A stretch of 17,324 bases of DNA, from positions 1 through 17,324 of the forward strand of contig JANNXQ010000041.1 of the NCBI GenBank assembly GCA_031409655.1. Direction: 5' to 3'. The DNA comes from Chthoniobacteraceae bacterium. GTDB lineage: Bacteria > Verrucomicrobiota > Verrucomicrobiia > Chthoniobacterales > Chthoniobacteraceae. Below, one piece after another: positions 1 through 6,660 of this stretch. Both the position numbers and the translations under genes were made by a program. The notes under the pieces are model-generated. The model searched no databases, was not told where the DNA came from, and worked only from the letters and a program-made list of their open reading frames with translations. Every line of letters starts with the position of its first letter. Position 1 is the stretch's first letter.

Positions 1-46
1 CGCCCTCGCCCCGAGTGTTCCCTGGGGGCGAGGGCGCCCCTGCTCC
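1..46. repeat. REP-like palindrome, truncated at window edge
   Basis: CGCCCTCGCCCC (1-12) is the perfect inverse of GGGGCGAGGGCG (25-36); the minus strand reads GGAG-CAGGGGCGCCCTCGCCC, a tetranucleotide foot plus GC palindrome. Confidence 0.5.
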
Positions 47-144
47 TTGCCAGCGCCGCCCGGCGTCCATTTGCCCATACGCTCTAAACGGCGCTCTTCG
101 TGTGCTCCTCGATCATGGCGGAGGAGCATGAGGATGCGCGATCC

Positions 145-1314
145 CTACCGTCCCGGCGCCAGCTCGAAGAGATGACCCTTCAGATACTCAGTCTCCGGGA
201 TCGTCGGGATGATCGGGTGATCCAGCCCCTGGCGATAGACCGCGAGCTGCCGCAGCGTCTTCTTCGCATCCACCGTCGCGTCATTGATCACCTCCATGAA
301 AGCCTCCGCACTCACATGATAGCTGCAGCAGTAAGTTGCCAGCAGCCCGTCGGTATTCAGGAGTTTCAGCGCCCGCAGGTGGATCTCCTTATACCCGCGC
401 ATCGCCTCATTCACCTTCCCCTTGGTCTTCGTGAAAGAAGGAGGATCCAGCACGATCAGATCATAGCGCTGCTGCTGCCGATCCAGATCATTCAGCACAT
501 CGAAGACATTCGCCGCCACCGCCTCGACCGCGAGCTGGTTCCGCGCGGCGTTACGTTTGATGAGATCCACACAGTCCACGCTGATCTCCAGCGCCGTCAC
601 CTGCGCCGCCCCGGCCCGCGCACACGCCAGCGCAAAGGCCCCTTGATTCGCAAAGCAATCCAGCACCCGCCGTCCCTTCGCCTGCGCCGCGATCGCCGTG
701 TAGTTCGGGAGTTGATCCAGGTAAAATCCCGTCTTCTGCCCGCGCAGCAGATCCACCTCAAATTCCACCCCCGCGACCGTGATCGGGAAAGGCGCCGGCG
801 CGTCGCCATGCACCACGCCCGTGCGCAGTTCCATGCCCTCCGCCTTGCGGATCGGCGCGTCATTGCGCTCCACGATGCTCTGCGGTGAAAAGGCCGCCAC
901 GAGCGCCTGCACGATCAACTCCCGACGCTGATCCATGGCCATCGTCAGCGTTTGCAGCACCAGATGATCCCCGTAGCGATCCACGATCACCCCCGGCAGC
1001 CCATCGCTCTCACTCCAGACCATCCGGCACAGGCGCAGATCCAGCCCGCGCCGCTCCCGATACTTCACCGCCTGCGCGATCCGGCGCGTGAAAAAATCCA
1101 GATCCAGATCCTGCCGCTGCCGCGAGATCCGCCGCGCGATGATCTGCGACTGGCTATTGTAGATCGCCGTCCCCAGCAGGTGATCGCGCCCATCTTTCAG
1201 CGAGACCACATCCCCATCCTTTGGCTCGCCAAAAGCCTTCAAAATCTCCGTCGCATACACCCAGTCATGCCCATGGAGGATGCGTGAACGAGGTTTGATG
1301 ACGAGGCCGGCCAT
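145..1314 (-). CDS. rlmI: Class I SAM-dependent rRNA methyltransferase, RlmI/RlmK family
   Basis: PUA-like N-terminus (GHDWVY), SESDGLPGVIVDRY, GQKTGFYLDQ, VLDCF, DLIVLDPPSF, C-terminal ETEYLK; start placed at ATG 1314 (MAGLVIKP). Confidence 0.85.
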   Translation of the reverse strand: MAGLVIKPRSRILHGHDWVYATEILKAFGEPKDGDVVSLKDGRDHLLGTAIYNSQSQIIARRISRQRQDLDLDFFTRRIAQAVKYRERRGLDLRLCRMVWSESDGLPGVIVDRYGDHLVLQTLTMAMDQRRELIVQALVAAFSPQSIVERNDAPIRKAEGMELRTGVVHGDAPAPFPITVAGVEFEVDLLRGQKTGFYLDQLPNYTAIAAQAKGRRVLDCFANQGAFALACARAGAAQVTALEISVDCVDLIKRNAARNQLAVEAVAANVFDVLNDLDRQQQRYDLIVLDPPSFTKTKGKVNEAMRGYKEIHLRALKLLNTDGLLATYCCSYHVSAEAFMEVINDATVDAKKTLRQLAVYRQGLDHPIIPTIPETEYLKGHLFELAPGR

Positions 1315-1377
1315 GGTGCGAGGGACGCGGAGGGTAGGGGAGCGAGGCGGAAAGTCAACCGGCGCACTCCAGCCCGT

Positions 1378-1534
1378 GTGGCTCAATTTGAAAATCCGGA
1401 CCGAGACTTTCTCAAACGCAAAGACGCAGAGATGCCGAGGACGCAGAGGTTCTGCCCGGCGCCGCCTCTGCGTCCTCCGCGTCTCCGCGCCTCTGCGTTT
1501 TAAAAATGAGCGGAGAATTTTGAAACTGAGCCAC
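1378..1534. mobile_element. MITE-like element with terminal inverted repeats and internal long palindrome
   Basis: GTGGCTCAATTTGAAAAT (1378-1395) vs ATTTTGAAACTGAGCCAC (1517-1534), 16/18 inverted; inner arms 1414-1449 and 1465-1500 are 31/36 inverted and built of ~9-bp ACGCAGAGG units; CTCCAGCCCG direct repeat at 1367-1376 and 1540-1549. Confidence 0.6.
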
Positions 1535-1582
1535 TACCGCTCCAGCCCGCTCAGCCGGATCTGCTCGTCGTCGCCGCTTGCG

Positions 1583-1891
1583 TCAGCCGCTTCGTCCGCC
1601 GAGTCTTCGGCGGATGATTTCGGGGTCTTGGCGGAGGTCCATGACGCCAGAGACGATGATGCGACGTCCCTCGACCGTGTAGAAGATGCCGCAGGGAAAT
1701 CCGTGAACCAGGAGCCGCCGGTAAGACTCATGAAACACTGGCGCGATCTCCGGGAAAGTGCGGAGCTGCCCGAAAGCCACGTCCAAGTGGCGCATGAAAA
1801 CCTCGCCCCGCCCCACCTGAAACGCCTCGTAAAACTCGAACGCCGTCTGGATGTCGGCATCGGCGGAGAAAAGGAAGACCAGCTCACTCAC
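1583..1891 (-). CDS. Type II toxin, RelE/ParE family
   Basis: ~102 aa from GTG 1891: ADADIQTAFEFYE...FPEIAP...YRRLLVHGFPCGIFY...VMDLRQDP; overlaps the upstream antitoxin by 8 nt. Confidence 0.85.
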   Translation of the reverse strand: MSELVFLFSADADIQTAFEFYEAFQVGRGEVFMRHLDVAFGQLRTFPEIAPVFHESYRRLLVHGFPCGIFYTVEGRRIIVSGVMDLRQDPEIIRRRLGGRSG

Positions 1892-2117
1892 TGCTGAGAG
1901 TCCTGCCGAGGATGCGCTGCTGAATGGCCTCCCAAGTGGTGACCTGGCTGGGGTCTCGGCGGTAAGCCTCCATGCGGCGATCAAGCTCGGCAATCTGTTC
2001 GCGGGAAACCGGAACCTCGGTTGGATGGGCCGCCAGATCGTCCCAAAGCTCGCTGACCAGGAGAAGCTTTTGGGCCGGTGTGAGCCGATTCACGTCGGGA
2101 ATGGTTTCGAGGATCAT
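1884..2117 (-). CDS. Addiction module antitoxin (TIGR02574-like)
   Basis: 77 aa: LTPAQKLLLVSELWDDL...ELDRRMEAYRRDP...TWEAI, the family pattern; directly upstream of the toxin. Confidence 0.85.
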   Translation of the reverse strand: MILETIPDVNRLTPAQKLLLVSELWDDLAAHPTEVPVSREQIAELDRRMEAYRRDPSQVTTWEAIQQRILGRTLSSE

Positions 2118-2123
2118 CCCCGG

Positions 2124-2152
2124 AAAATACCCTCTGCCGATTGGGGGAACAA
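2124..2152 (-). promoter_or_regulatory. Putative sigma70 promoter of the TA cassette, probably leaderless
   Basis: Minus strand TTGTTC-N17-TATTTT, 6 nt before ATG 2117; TA cassettes usually carry their own promoter. Confidence 0.4.
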
Positions 2153-2167
2153 GCTCAGAAGCGCCGA

Positions 2168-2420
2168 GTAGAGTAGGCGAGAAGCGATCGCGGGGGCAAG
2201 CTCTGCGCTGGCCCTGCCGGGTTTGCTCCCGAGCCCTCATCAAACCGTGCAGGCGGCTTTCCCGCACACGGCTTTCCGGGAAAAGGGTCGGTGCGTGCAT
2301 CCGTGAAAGCCGAGCGTTTCTGCACGGATGCACGGACCGACCCCTCGACTGCACCTCCGATTCACCCGGGCTTGTTCAACAAGGGTTGCTTGCCGGCTTC
2401 GCGGCAAAGCAACCTTCCGG
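2168..2420 (-). ncRNA. ORF-less group II intron-derived element 1 at a cassette junction, domain V and VI intact
   Basis: DV AAGCCGTGT-GCGG-GAAAG-CCGC-CT-GCACGGTTT (2274-2242) with AGC triad and 2-nt bulge; DVI ends CCT-A-CTCTAC with bulged A at -7; bounded by GGCGAAC (2427-2421) and TCGGC (2167-2163). Confidence 0.8.
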
Positions 2421-2433
2421 GTTCGCCGTTTGT

Positions 2434-3213
2434 TCACTTTTTGAGTGGCTTTTGGAGGACGTAATAGTGCCCTGTCTTGAATGTCCCGCCTGGTTGCGGC
2501 GCGTATGTGCGGACCTTGATAGAGCCATCGGGTTCAGGTTCAAATCGGATTTGAACGTCCTTTGTTAGCGGGGCTAGTGTAAGTAGGGGATTGGACTTGC
2601 GAATGTAAGCTTCGGCCTCAATAAAGTCGTTGGGCCAGCGGCCTTGTTCCGCGAAGAAACGACGCATACCATGTGCAAGAACATATTTTCGGGCGGCGTG
2701 TGCAACAGGAGCGGGCTGATCCAAGAGGAGTTGTAGAACGTCGGAATACAGCGTGCCTTCGGTGTCAATTTTAGACGCGGTGACAAGGGCAGCGGTTTTC
2801 ATGGGCTCGTCGCCGTTCTTGAGTGTCCAAGCAACTGTCGGTAATCCAAGAGCGCCACACTGCTCCAAACCTGTTAGAGCAATGGACCGACCTTTGGCAG
2901 CGGTTGTGTCACGCGCTAACGAGTCGAAGGTTTTGGCTGCTTGTGTGGGACCGACGATCTTGGGTAGAGCCAGAGCTGCCTCGAACCGTACGTTGAAGTC
3001 AGCGTCGCGAAGTAGCTTTTCGAGTGTAGGCGCTTCGGATTTTGCGGTGGGTCCGAGGGTTTCAAGTTGTTTGATTGCGCCTAGTCGCGTTTGGGGATCG
3101 TCGGAGGCGAGTTGCGCACGGTAGGTTGCAGAGCCGCTTGCCTGACCGTTCAGTGGTAATTGCGGCAGGAAGCTAGCGAACGCGAATACGAAGGTGATGT
3201 GCTGGAGATTCAA
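2434..3213 (-). CDS. Secreted HEAT-repeat protein (cassette 4)
   Basis: Signal-peptide-like N-terminus; HEAT-like units LASDDPQTRLGAIKQLETLG and LLRDADFNVRFEAALAL; TTG start uncertain. Confidence 0.65.
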   Translation of the reverse strand: MNLQHITFVFAFASFLPQLPLNGQASGSATYRAQLASDDPQTRLGAIKQLETLGPTAKSEAPTLEKLLRDADFNVRFEAALALPKIVGPTQAAKTFDSLARDTTAAKGRSIALTGLEQCGALGLPTVAWTLKNGDEPMKTAALVTASKIDTEGTLYSDVLQLLLDQPAPVAHAARKYVLAHGMRRFFAEQGRWPNDFIEAEAYIRKSNPLLTLAPLTKDVQIRFEPEPDGSIKVRTYAPQPGGTFKTGHYYVLQKPLKK

Positions 3214-3269
3214 TTGCGTAGGTTCTTGGGTGGGGCTTTCGGTGCGGAGCTAGACGTTGCTGACGGCGA

Positions 3270-3760
3270 GTAGAGTAGGCGAGAAGCGATCGCGGGGGCA
3301 AGCTCTTCGCTGGCGCTGCCGTTTTCGCTTCCGACCCCTCATCAAACCGTGCAGGCGGTTTTCCCGCCGAGGCGGCGGCGGCGGGGAATAGGGCGGACGG
3401 TGGGCGGGCGAGAGGGCTTTCCGAGTTCCATTCATGCGCTTGGCCTTTGGCTTTCATGCAGGGGTCCACGCCGCACTGCGCGGCGGGCTCCAGAGTCCGT
3501 ATTGAAAGCATACGAAGGGACGGGTTGAGGCCAGGCCCTTCCTCCTGAATCACCTCTTTCGGGGCCACCTCGGGGCCAGTCCATGGCCAGTTGGCACCCG
3601 GAGCAACTCTGAGAAGGCCCTTTCGCAGAAAGTGGAATCCGCAAAGGAGCCGTCGCGACGGTCGGGCGGCTAAAACTCCGGGGCGAAAGCGCGCCTCTGC
3701 CTCACCCGGGCTTGTTCAACAAGGGTTGCTTGCCGGCTTCGCGGCAAAGCAACCTTCCGG
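3270..3760 (-). ncRNA. ORF-less group II intron-derived element 2 at a cassette junction, domain V interrupted
   Basis: Last 37 nt identical to element 1 (3270-3306 = 2168-2204); 69-bp identical 5' block (3702-3770 = 2362-2430); 47-nt insert in DV (3368-3414); bounded by GGCGAAC (3767-3761) and TCGCC (3269-3265). Confidence 0.75.
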
Positions 3761-3820
3761 GTTCGCCGTTGGTTCGACTGGAGAATGCCCCCGTAGATGC
3801 GCCCCAAATAGCAAATAGCG

Positions 3821-4294
3821 TCATAGGGCCGGAGAAGCTGAATCTGTCGGGGTGTATTTGCCGTCCACGAGGAACACGCCGGGGTAAAGTGAAGCAACCA
3901 CGATCGAAACGAGGCGCTCGTCGGAAATGTGCATGATCGAATGAGCAAGCTCCTCAAGAATACAGGCAACCTTGAAAGGGTAGGCCAGCGGTTGCATCTT
4001 GTTGCAGTCCACAAAGACCCACGGCTCAATTGTCACATTGATCGTTTCCGGGCCGGATGGAGAATAGGTAAGCTGCCCGCCAGGAAGGTTGAGGCGGAAG
4101 GGTGCCGTGGCGAACGTAACGTGTGTTTTGCGGACGAAACGCACGGATGGGCCGATGCAGGAGACTGCCTCCCAGAATGCTTTCGCGATCGGAAGCATGG
4201 CAGGCGGAAGCGGATTGCAGCTCACGTCGAACATGTGCCGATACTGCTCTGGAATCCCTGCTTCAATATCGCTGGAAGTAACCGGGGAGATCAT
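3821..4294 (-). CDS. Hypothetical protein (cassette 3) with EELAH zincin-like motif
   Basis: 157-aa ORF filling the interval between GTTCGCC and GGCGAAC; ACILEELAHSIMH resembles HExxH. Confidence 0.6.
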   Translation of the reverse strand: MISPVTSSDIEAGIPEQYRHMFDVSCNPLPPAMLPIAKAFWEAVSCIGPSVRFVRKTHVTFATAPFRLNLPGGQLTYSPSGPETINVTIEPWVFVDCNKMQPLAYPFKVACILEELAHSIMHISDERLVSIVVASLYPGVFLVDGKYTPTDSASPAL

Positions 4295-4305
4295 AGGCGC
4301 GCATC

Positions 4306-4341
4306 GGCGAACGACTCAAGCCTGCAGCGCCATTGTTAGGC
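4306..4341 (-). other. 36-bp internally deleted attC-like site
   Basis: Minus strand GCCTAAC-AATGG-CGCTGCAG-GCTTGAGTC-GTTCGCC; the upstream gene's TAA stop lies inside the R'' box, as is typical of cassettes. Confidence 0.7.
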
Positions 4342-5103
4342 GTTTGGTTTGAGGACATTTAGAACGGCGTTTTCGGTTGCTTCGAGTTCGGTGAAAGTAA
4401 GTTGGTCGCTCTCATCCAGCGAGTGCAACCATAGATTGTAGGTTGGCGCTGTAGAACCATCAGAGGACTTGTCATCGGATCGGGATTCGCTGCTGTCCGA
4501 CCAGCCGAACCAGTCGCCGCAACGGTCATCATTCTTGGATTCGCGGTAGCCGTCCTCGTAGCGCCGGTCGTCGGCTTGGTGGGCGTCCGAATATCCGTCT
4601 TTGGAGTCGTCTTTGGAGTCGCGGTAGCCCTCGTCGTGGCCCCGGTCGTAATCGCGGTGACCGTTTGAATATCCTTTGCTGTAGTCGTCCTTGTCGCCTC
4701 CTCCGCCACGCGTCCAAAACATCGTTGTGCCGTCACGAAGCGTCATAAGAGCGATTCCGTGGCGCTGGGCATACGTAATCGCGCCCCTCTGGAACCCGAC
4801 GGTCGCGACAAGAATGCCTTTGTGAGCGCCCACTGCACGAACTCGGTCATGGAGAACTTGGACGACATCTCGCTTGATGGCGTGGTGATGTCGCTTGCAT
4901 TCGACGAGAACGAGAAACTCGACTGCCAACTCTTGGAAGCGGAGAGTGACGTCGATCTCGAACTCTCCGCTGTCTCCAGTCAGCACTTCCTTGTGAGTCG
5001 CGGTAAACTCTCTCAGGCGGGATCCAAGTGCGGAAAAGTAAGAACGCATCTCTCTCTCGAAGTCAGTCGGACTAATGCTGACGGATTTATCCGTGAACTT
5101 CAT
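4336..5103 (-). CDS. Mrr_cat-type PD-(D/E)xK restriction endonuclease with acidic low-complexity segment (cassette 2)
   Basis: SPTDFE...EIDV...LVECKRH...VVQVL...AHKGILVATVGFQRGAITYAQRHGIAL. Confidence 0.8.
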   Translation of the reverse strand: MKFTDKSVSISPTDFEREMRSYFSALGSRLREFTATHKEVLTGDSGEFEIDVTLRFQELAVEFLVLVECKRHHHAIKRDVVQVLHDRVRAVGAHKGILVATVGFQRGAITYAQRHGIALMTLRDGTTMFWTRGGGGDKDDYSKGYSNGHRDYDRGHDEGYRDSKDDSKDGYSDAHQADDRRYEDGYRESKNDDRCGDWFGWSDSSESRSDDKSSDGSTAPTYNLWLHSLDESDQLTFTELEATENAVLNVLKPNA

Positions 5104-5119
5104 GTGTGCGTGCGAAAGC

Positions 5120-5155
5120 GCCTAACGACAAAAGCCTGCAGCGCCATTGGTCGCC
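5120..5155 (-). other. 36-bp internally deleted attC-like site
   Basis: Minus strand GGCGACC-AATGG-CGCTGCAG-GCTTTTGTC-GTTAGGC; inner 22 nt are 20/22 identical to the 4306-4341 site. Confidence 0.7.
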
Positions 5156-5184
5156 GTTTTGCTCGGATTGCCTTCTCTGCGCAT

Positions 5185-6642
5185 TCATTGGTGATCGTCG
5201 ATAAAATCCGAAGGATCAATAATGCCATCCTTCTGCATCAGAACGAACGCCGCCTGAACTTCGGCCACATTAAGACCGGAGACTGGACCGTAGTATCCGT
5301 TCCCTGTGTCATTTGGCCACAAACTGTTTGGGTTTGTAACTGTATTCCGCATCTCCAGATGAAGATGGGGAGGAAAGGAGGACACGGCACCGATCACTCC
5401 GATGACATTGCCCTTGGCTACGGGGCTTCCTTCTTGGTAGGTGAATGCTGCCTCGCTTCCGATCGTTCCAGGGGAGTTTGGGTTTCCGGCGATGGTATCT
5501 GGGGCGACGTGGACGTAGAGGCTGTCAATGGAATCACCATTCTGTAGCCAATGGCGCACAAGGACGACATACCCAGAGGCCGCTGGTCCGGAAGCTGAAG
5601 CCGGTCTGATGTCAATTAAATGTCCGTTTGCGACAGCCTTGACCGGCTCCCCAACATCGTCCGTGTCGCTTCCGCTATTCCAATCCTCTCCGGCGTGGAG
5701 CCCTCCGAAGAGGGAATAATAGCTTCCGACATCCTGAATATTATACCATCCAGCGCCCGGCGTGGTTGCACCTCGATCGGGCCTTGCCACGGGCGATGCT
5801 GGAAATAGCGTGTTTCGTTCAGGGGCAATTTGCTCGAGCACGCTTCCGGAACCGATTGGATAAGCAAAGTCTGTCGCAATGGAAACACCCGGGGGCAAGT
5901 AGGTTGTTCGGTAAAACTTCTGGGGTTGCGTCGGCGTATCAATGACTTCTGTTCCCGGCGTATCGGAGTTGAACTGTATGAGGGGAAACCATTGGCGGAG
6001 GTTGCTCGACCAAGAGGCAAGGCACATAGCACCGGGCTCAGCGGTCGAGAAAATGAACGTGCATGATCCTTCGGGAGTGAGCTGAAAGCTTTTGAGGGCA
6101 CTGCGGCCATCTGCGGGATCATGTTGGTGGGTCGGTAGCGAACGAAAGCGCGGCGGTGTGCCGGTGTACTCGACGACGTATCCGAAACTAGAAGTGCGTC
6201 CGGAGGAATTGTCGTTCCAGCGTCCGACAATGCCATCCAACTCAAGGAAATTTTCGTTGGCGCCCAAGTTGTTCGGTTCGTTCGCCGACCAGTTTGAATA
6301 GGTGAAAGGCTCGCTGGTCACCCAGCGCCATCCTCCGGCGGGCTCAGGCGAGCCGGTGGGTTGATAACCGCCGATCCAGAAATACGGGTCGGAACGGTTG
6401 GCTACAATTACGTCGTTCTCGGCTGGTGAGGTAATCGTCGCAAGATATCCACCGCGGGCTACCGCGGCGTCGCGGGCTGCAGCCCAAGAAATCGAGGGGG
6501 CAGATACGAACTCATACGTATGTCCGTTGCCCCCGCTGCTGGGTAACCAGACAAACGTTGTTTGGGCGACGCAGCTCCCTGACGCGATCAAAAACGCGGT
6601 GAGAACCATGTATTGCTGACAGGGGTTGCGTTTGGAGCGCAT
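5185..6642 (-). CDS. Secreted C-type lectin domain plus M23 metallopeptidase (cassette 1)
   Basis: Signal peptide; CTLD (GNGHTY, WAAARDAA, GGYLATITS, WIGG, EPNN, WND); M23 motifs HAGED, PVKAVANG, YVH, HLHLEMR. Confidence 0.75.
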   Translation of the reverse strand: MRSKRNPCQQYMVLTAFLIASGSCVAQTTFVWLPSSGGNGHTYEFVSAPSISWAAARDAAVARGGYLATITSPAENDVIVANRSDPYFWIGGYQPTGSPEPAGGWRWVTSEPFTYSNWSANEPNNLGANENFLELDGIVGRWNDNSSGRTSSFGYVVEYTGTPPRFRSLPTHQHDPADGRSALKSFQLTPEGSCTFIFSTAEPGAMCLASWSSNLRQWFPLIQFNSDTPGTEVIDTPTQPQKFYRTTYLPPGVSIATDFAYPIGSGSVLEQIAPERNTLFPASPVARPDRGATTPGAGWYNIQDVGSYYSLFGGLHAGEDWNSGSDTDDVGEPVKAVANGHLIDIRPASASGPAASGYVVLVRHWLQNGDSIDSLYVHVAPDTIAGNPNSPGTIGSEAAFTYQEGSPVAKGNVIGVIGAVSSFPPHLHLEMRNTVTNPNSLWPNDTGNGYYGPVSGLNVAEVQAAFVLMQKDGIIDPSDFIDDHQ

Positions 6643-6660
6643 TTGGAGAGAGCGTTAGTC

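Noticed and set aside
100..888. Long antisense or alternate-frame ORFs (also 11500-12558, 12447-13439, 13569-14471, 14375-16048)
   Set aside because: Shadow ORFs of high-GC genes that overlap well-supported CDSs and lack family motifs
2168..2204. Plus-strand GTAG plus short hairpin as a REP sequence
   Set aside because: GTAG is just the complement of the CTAC intron 3' end; the domain V/VI fold on the minus strand explains it better
2118..2354. N-terminal extension of the antitoxin ORF, and ORFs 3173-3568, 3250-3435 and 3432-3644
   Set aside because: Read-through of GC-rich structured intron-like DNA; no RT (YADD) or maturase motifs
3209..3221. TTCAATTGCGTAG shared with 6754-6766
   Set aside because: One 13-bp match is about what chance gives in 17 kb, and the two positions are not equivalent
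2168..3760. DGR template/variable repeat or retron
   Set aside because: No reverse transcriptase in the window, and differences between the copies are not adenine-specific
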